Origin: the human T2T-CHM13v2.0 reference genome, Homo sapiens
NCBI RefSeq assembly: GCF_009914755.1
Contig: NC_060927.1
Reading direction: 5' to 3' (one strand)
DNA length: 64,000 bases
Below, piece by piece: positions 1-19,949 of the stretch (positions are counted from its first letter, which is position 1; each line of letters starts with the position of its first letter). The position numbers and the translations under genes were made by a program. The notes under the pieces were generated by a model that did no database searches, had not been told where the DNA came from, and worked only from the letters and a program-made list of their open reading frames with translations.

Positions 1-242
1 GTGATGTGATCTCTGCTCACTGCAGCCTTATCTCCTGGGTTCAAGTGATGCTGCTGCCTCAGCCTCCTGAGTAGCTGGTACTACAGGTGCCTGCCACCAC
101 GCCCGTCTAATTTTTTGTATTTTTGGTAGAGATAGGATTTCACCATGTTGGCCAGTCTGGTCTTGAACTCCCGACCTCATGTGATCCACCCGCCTCGGCC
201 TCAAAGTGCTGGGATTACAGGCATGAGCCACCATGCCCAGCC
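1..242 (-). mobile_element. Alu (AluS-like), cut by the window edge
   Basis: Reverse Alu motifs ctgcctcagcctcc...aaagtgctgggattacaggcatgagccacc. Confidence 0.92.
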
Positions 243-243
243 T

Positions 244-1501
<1,258 letters not shown>

Positions 1502-1927
1502 GCTATACTGAACAAGATAGGGCCACCTCAAAAGTAAACGTGAAAAGAAAGATTAGAATCATTGATAAGGCATTGGTATTAAAAACCAGCTTATCCTAGA
1601 TTTAAGATGAAAGCGGTATTGTGGACATTTGTTAAGTCCTCCAAAACCACTAATAGCTTATTTGAGGTTAAAGAGTCCTCCCTTAAAATATGTACTACAA
1701 ACTTATGGTTTAGAATTTCACTGTTTTGCCTCACACATGACTTTACAATGTGTAAATCAGGAATCCAGCATTTCTTCCCGTATACCAACAAAATTTATAT
1801 TTTAAATTAACTCATAATAATCTATATAATTTTAAAGCAAATGCTGACATTCTGTGACCCATAAATAGCACACATGGAATTGGTATGTCCTGTAGAATTA
1901 TTGCTTTCTTTACCTATCCGTAATGTA

Positions 1928-2730
1928 CAGTAAGTCCTCATTTAACATTGTCAGTAGGTTCTTATAATGAGACCAGTTTTACCATAGGCTAATTGATCTA
2001 AACAATTGCCAAGTCCCTTCGGCACATTTCTCATCACAGACATATCACCAAACTCCTAAAGGAAGACCTAAAACACTCCTAATACTAAACATTGAAATAG
2101 ATGTGAGCTATCCATACATTTAAGAAACACTAAATACAAGTAAGATAATTATTTATCCAATTTTAGGGAAATCAGTGAATGACGGTGTTTGTGTTGGTGG
2201 TGGACTAAATCAAATAAGTTTTTGCAAAGCAAAAATTGTGAGGAGCACCTCCTACAACCATGCAGTTCAGATGCTAACCAATATGGCAGGCTCATTGAAT
2301 GCTTTCATACTACATCATTTACTGTTGCGCATTTTGTATGATTATCATAGACTAAGCACTTCTATTTTACAATCCTTTGTATTCATTCATTCATTTTCCA
2401 GCTTGTTTATTCCAGTTTAGGATCTCAGTCAGCTAGAACCCATCCTGGCAGCCCAGGGTACAAGACGGGAACCAACCCTGGACAGGATGCCATTCCATCG
2501 CAGGACACACTCACACACAGACCCATGCTTCCTCACACTGGGACAGTTTAGATACACCAGTTCACTTAAATACACCTTTGGGGTGTAGGAAGAAACTGGA
2601 GTACCCAGAGAAAACCCACACCAGACGCAGTGAGAACATGCAAACTCTACACAAACAGTGGCTCTGTCAGGAATATTATTTTTTCTCGTCAACCAACATT
2701 GAACAAAATGACATATTGGAGACCCTGCTG
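1928..2730 (+). mobile_element. MER6 (TcMar-Tigger non-autonomous DNA element)
   Basis: TA-cagtaagtcctc... to ...gaccctgctg-TA with TA target duplication; internal gagtacccagagaaaacccac motif typical of MER6. Confidence 0.8.
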
Positions 2731-3808
2731 TAGTTAATGCAATTGATGAGATTCAACTTCCCCATCATTAACTTACTTTTTCAAATATAAGGAGCATAGC
2801 AGCCTCATCTATAACTTTTTCCAAAGGTAACTTCCCACTTCTTTATCAGCAAGTCACTCTGTCACTGTATTTTAATATCCTCTTGTCCACAAACCAGGCT
2901 TACATAGTCTTCCTTGGAGTTTATAGGGATCTGACAAATTCTTTCAGAAAGTCAGCATAGCTTTTTGTCTATATTGACATCAACACACTAGGTCAGCCTA
3001 TGCGTCTAAGAGAAACATGTCAACATGGCTGTCTTACTGCGTTTCTCATTGTTTTTCTCTAGAGTGATATCCCTTGAAGGTCATATTACAGATCGTTTTA
3101 TCAAAGGCATGTCAACAATAGTAACTGGGCAATGGTTGGTTTCACCTAATGAGATAAGTCCTCCAAAACCACTGATAGCTTGATGCCCTAACAAAACCCA
3201 GTTGTCTAAATATTTCACCATGACTTCAAACTAGTCTCAAACTTAACATAATTGATCTGCATGTTTCATTCTCAGTCCTCAAGAGTACATTGCTTAAGAT
3301 GTTTCTTCTATAAGTATAGGGTGAAAGTGCAGATAAATCCAAGTGTGCAAATGGTATTTCACTTCATTATTCCTCCTTCTCTGCCCCTCAGTTTATACAC
3401 CTGGGCAAACATAGATGTACAGACATATCTTTATGTAGTTATGTATATCTTTACAGCTTGATGCCCGAGTCTCAGACTCATGTAAAAGCAAATCTGGTAA
3501 ATGAATTCAGATTATGACGTTTGTACCATCCTGAAATCAGTCTCCAAGAAAAGGTTCAAGATACCAACTTATCAGCAGATTTTTTTCTGAAATAAAGACT
3601 CTCTTCATGGTTAATTTATAGAATCTTATTCTTACTGTAACTTTTAAATTGGAGGAGATTGGGAGGCATGACATATACCAACTTTTTGAATATGGCATTG
3701 TTTCCTAGCATTGGTCAATGGGATATTGCCCATCCAGGATGAGGATATTAATGTGACTATTTCAACTCTTCTCTTCACTGAAATCTGTTCATCTCAGTGT
3801 TATTTATT

Positions 3809-3925
3809 GCCAGGCACAGTGGCATATGCCTGTATTCCCAGCTACTTGGGAGCTGAGGCAAGAGGGTCCCTTGAGCCCAGGAGCTCAAAGACCAACCTGG
3901 GCAACATAGCAAGACCCCATTTCTT
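3809..3925 (+). mobile_element. FLAM Alu monomer
   Basis: Single-arm Alu: gccaggcacagtggc...gcaagacccc. Confidence 0.8.
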
Positions 3926-5072
3926 TTTATAATTGTATTTATATTAACTGATCTGAGTGCTAAAAATAAATTGTATAGACACCTTTATTCCCATAATTAG
4001 TTATTATCATTCCTAAGAAATTCTAATGAGGTTAGTCAAATAAGTCACTGGAAAACTGAAGTCTCAACACAAGAGTAATATAATGATTTGCTTATGGGTA
4101 CAGGCTGAATATATTAGAACTCCATGAACTTTAGTTTTGACAGATTAAAAATAACCAGCTAATGAAATTAAGCACTGAAGCTTTATTCTTAGGTTATCCC
4201 TAGAGAAATAATTCCTCATTTTTATTTTGGCTTATAACTTGATTACAAATTGAGAGTTGGCTTTTTTGTACCTTTTATGGAATTCAAGTGCATTTGATTA
4301 AGCATTTAACATCACTCCCAGAGGCAAGCAATCTCAAAGTGTCACTGGGCATGGTAGGCATTAAACATCCTGGTTTTTCTGACCTGTAGTCAACCTTAAC
4401 CGTGACCTATCACCTCCTCACCACACACTAGATTACCTGGAGGCCCTTCTCTATCAGAAAGACTATACTAGAGATTTGAACTTCGTACAAGTGAGAATTA
4501 GATTTAAATTACTAAGCTGATTTTCATTTCCGATTTTAATCAAAACTTAAATACTTGTCTCCAGAAATAAAAGATAGTCATGTTTAACTAATACCAGCAG
4601 CCCTGTGGCTGTCCTGCCGTGAGCAGCTTATCCTCCCTCCCCCACTCCTTTCCTTTCTTTCTTTCTTTTTGTACAATGTTGAGTTAAGGTCACCATCATC
4701 TACTCATCACTCCAATAAGAATTTTAAGTCTGGTTAAAATATTAAACATGAATTGACACCACAGTGGTTTGGTATCATGCACGTTAGAAATAACTGCTCA
4801 AGTTAAATGCTGATGTTTAATTCTTTTGTTATCTTTATAGGAATGGTTCTCCAGTATTATTTTATTACTGATTTTTTAATGATTATCCTAGACTGGGTAA
4901 TTTAAATATGTAAAGCTCTGTAAGTACATACTGGACCTAATTTGCAAGTAAAAATATACCTCATGCACATAGTGGGTGTGCTCTTTAGAGGCCAAGAGGC
5001 TGTTCAGTATCTGTCTTAAGATGTACCTCCCACTCTGTATCTGTTTATTAATATGGGGCTAGAAATATCTTT

Positions 5073-8605
<3,533 letters not shown>

Positions 8606-8994
8606 AGAAGTATCTTTTAGTGTGCTCAGCAAGTCATGTTATTTTCTTTGATGTATTTCTTCTTTGAAGCTTTTAACCTCTTTGTTTATCTGTATTGCAT
8701 CCTTTAAAGAATTCAATAAATTTCAAATTGACCATTTAAGGATATAAGCAAGAATACTCACTAAAAGTAGCTATAAGTGAAATATTGGTAAATAAAATTA
8801 AAAGGATCATTTATTCTATTAATATTATTTGCCCCAAGTAGTTAATGAGGTGTGTATTTTCCGTAAGACTGCATTGTTTGTTTTTTTCTAGGCCTAAGAC
8901 AGTATAGCATGTGTGAGGGCCAAAAGTTTTGTCCTGTTACCTCTGACAAGATGGAGCAAAACTTAGAGGTCTAGAGGGTTGATTTAAGCTTCCA

Positions 8995-9056
8995 AAAACA
9001 AAAGAAAGAAAGAAAGAAAAAGAAAAGAAAAGAGAAAGAAGGAAGGAAGGAAAGAG
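8995..9056 (+). repeat. (GAAA)n/(GGAA)n purine-rich simple repeat
   Basis: aaagaaagaaagaaag...ggaaggaagg. Confidence 0.85.
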
Positions 9057-11479
9057 GTTTTTTCTGTTTTTTTTTACCATTCCTAAGAACAACCATGTGT
9101 TTGTGTGTGAAGAATGGTTATTTAAGCAGGGAAAACATTATAGGTACACGTACAAATGATACCTGATTTACAAGTAAAAATATAATTGATGATGTAAATG
9201 TGAGTGCATTCACATTTAGGGGCAATAGGTCTGTTCATTGCCTCTCCCCACTTCCCACCCCAAAATACAGCTCTGGACATATGCATGATCAATATGCAAA
9301 TATACACAGCATATTTACATTGGAAACAAATGTAGCTAGTTATAGAAAAATAGGTGGAGCTGTTTTAAGCATTCATTAAATCTCTCAGTGCAAGGGGATG
9401 AATTAAACTTTATAAGGCTGCTATAAAAAGAACTATTTTAGAATTTAAATATGGCTGTATAATGTAGTGCTTGTTACCATGTTCAATTTTAACACCCAAA
9501 TCCAATCTCCAAAAAATACTCCAAATGAGGGTACCACATTAGGGAACCTGTGACTGTGCCCACCACACAAGCATTTTAAAATTGGGGCCTCAGCATGTCT
9601 CATTTTATACAGAATTAAAAGGAAATTCCTTGAATTTCCAAACATAATTCTGTGGTTTGACCAGTCTTAAGTAAATATGATGTTGAGTTAGGGTCCTGGT
9701 AGATAGGATTCTGTCAGCACATCCACGGGGTAGAAAGCCTGGTGCTTTCCACCTGTTACTGGTCTGCGCGGTCACAACCAAGAAGCCAGGTTTCTACAAC
9801 TCATGTTCTTGTCTTTAATGATGTATCTTGGAGAAAGAATTAAAGTAGTGTAATATAAATGTTGAAATGTATGTTTAAAAATTAAAACACCAATGAGGGT
9901 CACATTTTCATGAAGAATGACTGGCACTGCTACTTACATGAGAAGTAATAATCAAAACCAGGCATATGAGAAGGGCAAGGAAAAGGTGCAGTTGTGTGCC
10001 AGACATTGTGCTAGGTACTTTACAGTGGGAGAGTGGGTGGCGGCTTTCAGCTGTGTAACTTGAAGAACCGAAAATTCCTCCTTGTCAAAAAAGTAAACAA
10101 TATACACACACACACAGACACGCTTTTGTTCCCATTATTTTGTGTCAGTTTCATTTATTTTTGTTAAATATAGCTTCTCTTTATGGTTCTCTTTGAAAAT
10201 GTGCATCCCTCTGGGAGAGATGACACATTAGGTGACAGTCACATTATGATGTGAGTCAAGGTATATGAACGTGTCAGGAAGGGGAAATAGGTCCCGGAAT
10301 TAGCCAAATAGGGAGGGAGGGAGGCAACCAGATGCAAGCCGGATTTCCACTACTTTACAAAGCTGCTGTGCAGTCTTTTAGAGAGAGGCCCAACTCTAAT
10401 TATTACACTCTCATGAACAGTGAGAAACTTGGAGATTTCTTTTGTATGTCCTTATCCCAAAAATAGGCATGGCTTTTTTTTTTTTTTTTTTTTTTTTTTT
10501 TCAGTGAAAGAGGTTTGCAGCTGGACTGGGAGAATTAAGGTGAGAAAGGTCAACAGGTTACAGAGGCCAGTGCAACAGGGCTTGTTAGACGTAATCAAAG
10601 ACCTGCTTAGGGAAGCTGCAGGAAGCAGAAGGTTGGGATTTCCACCTAGGGAGGTTATAGGGGCCCTCTGGCTAAAGGGAAGTTGGCTCAACTCTGAAAA
10701 GGTTTAAAATCCAGTTTAAAATTCTGATTAGGAAAATCCCACAATAAGCAGTTGGTCTTTTTAAATGTTTCCCCTCTCACAGGGCAAGATGCTTCTGCCT
10801 AATAGTTCAGCATCATTGGAAAGGACTTAGTGTGTTCGCAGATCACTTTGATAAGCGCTTCTGCCACCTCTTTTCTTTCCTCCTTTTTGTGCTTTAAGAA
10901 CCTCCGTCATGAGATCGTTTTCTTCTTTCTGAGATTGGTCTCCCTAGGGAAGACCAGAATGACAATGTAGACTAAATTGTTGTCCAGAGTTGTCATTCAT
11001 TTGTTGCTTTTGAACTTAGAGAGATGGAAGCCACTACATATTAATGCGTTGTTTTAATGTATAAGCCAACACCTCACACTTACTGAGCATAAAGTTTTTT
11101 GCCATGTATTTTCCCTTTTTTGCAGTAGTCTTAGCCCTCTGTCAAATTAACATGTTTGCCTCTTTTGAAAACTCATATTTCCTCCTGAAACAGTAAGAAC
11201 TAAGGAGAAGAGCAAAGCATTGGAACAGTCCCTGCTGAAGACAATAGTATGATAAGAACATTGAAAAATACAATTTAATAGGCTAAAATGCATTTGGGAC
11301 ATCAAGTTATTGGCCAGAATGCATCTTTATGCATAGCAAGCCTTGCCAGTGGGGATCTCATGGGGAGTAATGGTGATTAAAAGGTTTTTGAAGAGCGAAG
11401 TTGTGTAACCAAGCTTGTATAAGAGACTGAAACTTGGTTCATCTCGTAGTGGACAGCCTGAAGACAGACACTCCAGACA

Positions 11480-11867
11480 TGTGTTAGTCCATTTGCATTG
11501 CTATAAAGGAATAACTGAGGCTGGGCAATTTATAAAGAAAAAGTTTTATTTGGCTCACAGTTCTGCAGGGTGTACAAGAAGTATAGTGCCAGCATCTGCT
11601 TCTGGAAGGGCCTCAGGAAGCTTCCAATCAATGGTGGAGAGTGAAGGCAAGTCACATGGTGAGAGAAGGAGCAAAAACGAAAGCAAGAAGTTGCCACACT
11701 CTTTTGAACAACCAGATCTCATTACCACTCATTACTGAGGGAAGAGCACTGAGCCGTTCATGAGGGATCCACCCCCCTGACCCCAACACCTGCCACTAGG
11801 CCCTAGCTCCAACATTGAGGGTCACATGTCAGCAGATTTGGAGGGGACAAATACCCAAACCATATCA
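11480..11867 (-). mobile_element. MaLR solo LTR (MST family)
   Basis: tgtgttagtccatttgcattgctataaagg...aaaccatatca; near-TSD agaca/agaaa. Confidence 0.88.
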
Positions 11868-13599
11868 AGAAAGTATTTGGTGGCCCAGTTAAGAGATGAC
11901 AAAGGCTACAAAGAGGAAGGAAAGGGGAAAGGCCAAGAGATATCTGGGAATTAGAATCCTCAGGACTTAGTTTCCTTACCACTATGGCAGTATCAGTAGT
12001 GACTGTGTCCCAAGCTCAAGAAAGTGAACTTGACTGTGCCTGGTCTCTCACAAATTTCCAGACCAGTCTTAGTGAGGTAAAAAGATGCATTCTAGGATCA
12101 GTGAATATTATTTAGTCATTTCATGTACCCAGTGGGTTAATGCTTCTATAACTAAAACAAGCCATTCCCCCTTTTCTGCCAGCAGAAAGATGGAAAACAA
12201 GGTTCACAATATGCTTCCCGTGATGTGTTAGGATTTGTTTGGTCATGATTTTTTATCCATAATAGAGGGATATAGTAAGAGTTTGAATCCCAGAAATAGA
12301 ACTGCCCACTTACTTGGCTGAGGCAGGGGTAGGGGAGAAGCACTGTGTGTGGACAGAATTTCGTCAGGTGGTAGAACATGTTGCCTAAGGGGTTTAAACA
12401 ACAGTATGTTCGAGTTCAGGCAAGATGTCAGTAAAACAGGAAACTACTGAATACAGACTAAATGTAAGAATCTTTATATATGATAAGAATCGAAACCTTC
12501 AGGGACTGAAAGAAGGTCATGGGGAATCTGGAAGACCAAGCAAAAGGTCACTTATAGGAAATGGATCATGTCTGCTTTAGATTCAAAGCCAAGACAGCTG
12601 TATATTAAACCCCAAAAAGTGGCACCAGACCTGTCAGAATGCTCACCACGCCAAGTCAGTGACTTAAAGAGTCAGTGATCCTATGGGTATAAATATCAGT
12701 TAGGCCCAAGAATGGAAATGAAGAAGGATGTCTAGTCTGGAAGAACCTGCCACCACCCACAAACTAAGTCATCTTGACCAATAGGTTGAACTGTACATGA
12801 ATCCATATATTAAACAAATACTTACTGCATGGTCATCTGTGGTATCCTATATCCTAGACACTTTGTTGGTTTTGTGATATAAAACTGAAAGAGACACTGC
12901 ATCCCTCAAGGAGAGGGGGAAGTTGGCAGGCACAGAGCAATAAGTTTCCTCCTTTTTAGAGGTAATGGTTGGTCCCACCTTTAGCAGAAGATTCATATAA
13001 CACCCTCTCACAGGAGAGAACAAGAGCAAGGCCTCAGCCCAAATCAGAGCCCACACTTTCAGTGGACAGTCACTCCTCAGCACAGACAGCACCCATGTGA
13101 CTCACCAGACTCCCTTGACCACAGTTTTTCCACAGTCAAAGGCAGGCAGAATGGTCTATAAACTGAAACCACTGGGTTATTTTTATTTCTTGGCTCAAGT
13201 TCAGATTCCCACACGTGGTGGAGACCACGGATACGTAACAATGTCTAGGGCATGACTGTTGTATTCACACCCACTATCACAATTCCCTTGTCCTACTCTT
13301 ACCCACTGAAGAGGAATGTGAACAGAAAAGACTTTGGGGGGTGGAATTGATATATTTTGCAGTACTAGTTACTAGTGGGTGGACTACATGTGAGGATTAT
13401 GGAATAAAAATTTTTTTGAACAAAAGGTGTGCATTATAAACAAGTCTCATTATATTATTATTATCATTTTTTCTTTCGAGGTGGGAGTAGACAGAAGAGA
13501 CAATCAGGATAATCTTGTCTGTCATAGCCAGAGAACATCAGAAAAATACTCCATTTAAAGAGAATTTATTTTCTCTGGCTGGCAGAAACAAACGCTTGT

Positions 13600-13783
13600 A
13601 TATCTTATATATAATTATATACATATATATGTATACATATATACACACACATATATATGTATACATATATACGCACATATATGTATACATATATACGCAC
13701 ATATATGTATACATATATACACACATATATATATACATGTATATACACATATATATGTATACATATATATATATATATGTATA
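13600..13783. repeat. Compound (TA/CA/TG)n alternating purine-pyrimidine repeat
   Basis: atatatgtatacatatatac(a/g)cac-type units; these account for the Y/I/H-rich ORFs. Confidence 0.95.
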
Positions 13784-13859
13784 ACACTTTATAAAATACC
13801 TGGATACCTGGTGGGTATAGACTAATGCAGAATAAGCTATTCTTTAAAATCTAGTATCC

Positions 13860-14540
13860 ACAGATAATAACAAGTATTGGTGAGGAAGTGGAGAATTAGA
13901 CATTGCTAGTGGGAATGTAAAATGGTGCATCTGCCTTGGACAGCACTTTAGCAGTTCCTTACATGGTTAAACATAGAGTTATAAGACCAAGCAATCCTAC
14001 AACTAAATATATACCCAAGAGAAATAAAAACATATGTCCACATAAAAAGGTGTACACAAATGTTCCTTGCAGCATTATTTGTAATAGCCAAAAAGTGAAA
14101 ACAGCCTACATGTCCATCAGTTGATAAATGGATAAATATAACTGATATATTCATACAATGGAAAATAATTTGATAATAAAAAGGAATGAAGTATTGATGC
14201 TACCACACGGATGAACCTTGAGAACATGCTTTGTAAAAGAAACCAATCACAAGAGACTACATATTATTCCATTTAGGAAAAGTTTTCAGATTAGGGAACT
14301 ACCTAGACACCAAAGTAGTTTGATTAGTAGATACCCAGACCTAGGACTGGTGGATTTGCCAGCGGGGAGTAACTGCTAATGGGTACAGGGTTTCTTTTTG
14401 GAATGACAAAAATATTCTAAAATGGATTGTGGTAATGGTTGCCCAATCTGTGAATATACTAAAAACCATTAAAGTGTGCACTTTAAATGGGTGTATTGTA
14501 TGGTATGTGAATTACATCTCAATAAAGCTGTTTTTAAAAA
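13860..14540 (+). mobile_element. Old L1 (L1MB/L1ME-type) 3' end
   Basis: gtgggaatgtaaaatggtgca...gtatgtgaattacatctcAATAAAgctg. Confidence 0.85.
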
Positions 14541-15438
14541 CCTAGCTTCCAATATCTTGGCATCTTGGCCTGTTTCCTCCACTACTTGCTGCAGCTAGAG
14601 CTTTTTGCAGTGGTATTTGGGAAAAGTAATGTGTGGACCTCTGGTATCTTAAGTCCTCTACTGTAAGGATATTTTCTGAGATTTCATTAAAAATTATTAC
14701 TTAATTAAGCCTGGAATTGCAACCCAATAGCTTCTCAGTAGGAATACACCATCTGTGCTGTTCTTTAGATGAGTTTATTCTAAAAGGACATTTTATATTT
14801 CAAAGTGTGCATTGATTTAATGTATGTAGCACTGCTATATAGACTTACAGGCTGAGTTTTTAAGTTTTTAAAAATATTTTATCAAGTATATACAGCCATT
14901 GTATTTTTACTGTTTTATGAGCACTATTGACTCAAGGGGCGTTAATTTTGAATGGTTTTAATTTTATCCAGTTACTGCCTTAGGCTATGTTTTGTGGAAT
15001 CTTGCTTTTCTATCCCTTAACAATATCTAGCAGATCTTTTAGCACTCACTACTGCGGGTCACTTTCTCATTATTAGAAGGTCAACCTGGTCCATTTTTAA
15101 ACTCCCATCTTATACCTGATTTAAATCTAATATCTTCTTTCTACTCCATCAAAATGCGAGGAACATGGTCTGGTACCTCCTTTTTCCCCCTAATCAAGCC
15201 GTAACTCCTTGCGGGTGAGGGATAGGTAATAAGTGAGAACAGTGTCCCTTTACCTAATTTCACATGGTTGTCATCTTCCTGCATCTTTGGCAAATACAGC
15301 CTTGCCATCCATGCCTTCTGGGTAACAGGTGTCAAAATGCTTCTTCACATTGGGTAACTGGGAGAGTTCACTGCCCAGTTCCCTGATGTTGAAGACCTAG
15401 CCTAGACTCAACCCCCTTGCCCAGCCCAGCCCATTTCC

Positions 15439-16641
<1,203 letters not shown>

Positions 16642-17434
16642 TGTGCTCCCTTCTTGATAGGACACTGACAAGATAGCAAGGATCGTACAGACCGCTTTTT
16701 TTGCCACTTCCTCTCTCTACTCAGCTAGTCTAGGAGCAGGTCAGCAGGTCAGCTACCTAAGCAACTCATATCTGATTTAAATTTCCAGACAGGGATAACA
16801 CTCAAGAGTCTCCTTGAAGACACTCTGAATCTTTACTAACGAATCTCTTGGTACCCTCCCGAAGTGGCTTTGAGAAAGGAAAGCCATCTTTTGGAGGGGA
16901 GGGTGTGGAGAACAGGACACCTCCACTGCCACACAAACTACACTCCCAAGGTAGTAGCTCAGTATTCCCACAAACGTCCTTTCTCTTCTTTTTCATGTTT
17001 TATGTTGGACTCCTGGAGCTGGCAGAGCCAGCTTATCTTAATAAGTCCTGAGGGAGATATTAATGTCTCCTTGGAATTTGGGATAGTTAATACCTCTTTT
17101 AGTATCCCTGGTTATTGATTCTGAAGCAGTAGCACATGTTGCTAGATTTAGGCAGTTTTATTTAGCATTCCCAATTTTAGATCTAGTTTGATAATGTCCA
17201 TTATTTGATTTAAATCATGGAAATGATCGTTTTTCTCCCTTAATCACTACAAGTCACACACTGTTATGTCTTTTGAGGATACTTAATCTTTCTGGTTTGG
17301 GTTAAGCCTATAATTAGTAGTCAGGTTTTTCTACCTTCCAAACTACAAAAACCCAACTTTGTCCTAATCACTTCATTTTAGACTCAGAGGAATTCCAGTG
17401 TTTCTAAATCCTGATAACATTATATATGTATGTA

Positions 17435-17990
17435 TAATTTTAATTTTTATTGTAGATTCAGGGAGTGCATATGCAGGTTACAAAGGTATATTGCGTGTTG
17501 CTAAAGTTTGGGGTTCTGTTGATCGTGTCACCCAGATAGTGAACATAATACCCAATAGGAAGTTTCTCAGCCCTTGCCCCCTTCCCCGACTCTCACTCTC
17601 CTTTTGAAGTCCTTAGTGCCTTTTGTTCCCATCTTTACATCTGTGTGTGCCCAGGCTTAACTCCCACTTATAAGTGAGACAATGCAGTATTTGGTTTTCT
17701 GTTTCTATGTTAATTCACTTAGGATAGTGGCCTTCAGCTGCATCCATGTTGCTGCAAAGGATATGATTTTGCTCCTTTTGATTGCTGCATGCTATCCCAT
17801 GCTGTATATGTACCACATTTTCTTTATCCAGTCCACTGTTGATGGGCACCTAGGTTGAATTCATCCCTCTGCTTTTGTGAATAGCGCTGCAGTGAATGTA
17901 CAAGTGCAAGTGTCTTTTTGGTAGAACAATCTATTTTCCTTTGGGTATATACCCAGTAATGAGACTGTTGTGTCAAATGGTAGTTTTGTT
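17435..17990 (-). mobile_element. L1 (old L1PA/L1PB) 3' end
   Basis: cccacttataagtgag...catccatgttgctgcaaagg 3' UTR motifs. Confidence 0.85.
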
Positions 17991-18129
17991 TTGATGACAT
18001 TATTTAGAGGGACATGAGAGTCCTATACCCTGGGGTGAAATGCTTTAATTGCTCCAAGTATTAATCTCATCAAGATTAGGGTTCTCAAAAAAAAATTACA
18101 GAAGGAAAGGAATGAGGTACGATGAGGAC

Positions 18130-18510
18130 TTAATTTACTAGATATCAAACCCTACTATAAAGCTATAGTGATACAAATCAGGAGTGAGTAAAGCAAAAGA
18201 CAAATTATTCCGTTGAAAGAATAACAAGTACAGAATCAGGTCCAGATACACATAGGAAGCTTGTGTATGATAAAGTTAACATTTCACATAAAAGTTACTG
18301 TAAATATAGGAGAAAGTAAATACGCAAAGATATTTCTAAACTAGTGCAGTGAATATAGAGAGCCTTTATAAACATGCATCAAACCAGAAAATATTAAAGA
18401 AAGATGGACTGCTTTGAATTCTTAAATTTTTTAAATTTATATTTGGCCAGAGACATCATAAGCTAGGTTAAAGGACAAATCATATACTGGGAGAAAATAT
18501 TTTTTCCACA
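18130..18510 (+). mobile_element. Highly decayed L1M ORF2 fragment
   Basis: ctagatatcaaaccctactataaagctatag resembles the PDFKLYYKA-coding region. Confidence 0.5.
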
Positions 18511-19042
18511 CATAATAGATGAATCGTGTTATCTTTAGAAGTGCACTAAATTTATTTTGGCTGAGTACTAAACAGCCAGTATTAAAATCAATGAACAGCC
18601 TAAGGCAAAGCTGAATGTTCCCATCATAAAATGACCTTCTGAGATATAAGAATAAATATGAAATTTTATTTTCAAGAACTTAATGTTACAGTTTTATTAT
18701 TAAAGCATCAGTATGTTTTTAAGGTTTGTCATTATGATGTACCAATATCTTTTCTCAGTGCTGCCAGCTGCTAGGTGGTTCCTCCACACTTGCAATACCT
18801 AAATAGCTGCTTGTTGTCAGCTGATTAAAAGCGTGGATTTTGTGGGCAATGTACGCCAATATGGGTTACTATTCATGGAGATTGTGCTATTAGGTCAATA
18901 AGCTCTCCTTTTTCTTGAATAGTAACAAAAGGGTAAAGTCTTCTCAACTCCTAGACTTAAAAACTTAGCTGATGATGACACACTGTCATTGAAACAATTT
19001 CACAAACTAAAGCTGTGTGCAATGCTTAAACAAAACACTTTG

Positions 19043-19600
19043 ACTGAATAAAAAAAAATGTGGTACATATATGCAATGGAGTACTATTCAACAGTAAAAA
19101 AGAATGAGATCCTATGATTTGCAACAACATGGACGGAGCTGGAGGTCATTATGTTAAGTGAAATAAGCCAGGCACAGAACGACAAGCTTCACATGTTCTC
19201 ACTTATTTGTGAGCGCTAAAAATTAAAACCACTGAACTCATGAAGATAGAGAGTAGAAGAATGGTTACCAGAGGCTGGAAAAGGTAGTTGGTGTCAGAGG
19301 GAGGGAAGTGAGCACAGCTAATGGATACAAACAGTTAGAAAGAATGAAAAAGACCTAGTGTTTGCTAGCACAACAGGGTGACTATAATAAAAAATAATTT
19401 AATTGTACATGTTAAAATAACTAAAAGAGTACAACTGGATTGTCCATAACACAAAGGATACATGCTTGAGGGGATGAATACTCCATTTGCCATGATGTGA
19501 TTGTTATACATTGCATTCCCATGCCTTATCAGAGTATCTCATGTACCCCATCAATATATACACCTACTATGTACCCACAAACATTAAAAATTATAAATTT
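19043..19600 (+). mobile_element. L1MA-type 3' end
   Basis: tgcaacaacatgg...cacctactatgtacccacaaacatt. Confidence 0.88.
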
Positions 19601-19620
19601 TTATAAAGAAAGCAGTTTGC

Positions 19621-19790
19621 AGGCTGATCTCAGTGGCACACACCTGTAGCCCCAGCTACTTAGAAGCCTGAAGCAAAAAAGGATTGCTTGAGCCAAGGAG
19701 TTTGAGGCTATAGTACACTATAATCATGCCTGTGATTAGGCACTGCACTTCATCCTGGACAACATGATGAGACCTTGTCCCTAAGAAAGA
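19621..19790 (+). mobile_element. FAM-like fossil Alu monomer
   Basis: Single arm retaining the ...tgcctgtgattaggcactgcac... segment. Confidence 0.7.
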
Positions 19791-19949
19791 AAACACTTTC
19801 TCAATATTTAAGAAGCAGACATAAGACTTCTGCCATTACATTTTTATTTCTAATACTTTTGCATTCACTTGCTGCTTCACACAGTCACCAGATGTGCTAC
19901 ACTTTATGCCAGCAGCTGTTGCTTGTTACCAAGTCATTTTCTTTTGGTA

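Noticed and set aside
3520-3570. YHPE-like codons suggesting an integrase YHPQ motif
   Set aside because: The downstream G..ER is missing and no extended reading frame exists; chance match
13515-13787. Tyr/Ile/His-repeat ORFs
   Set aside because: Translations of a dinucleotide-type repeat
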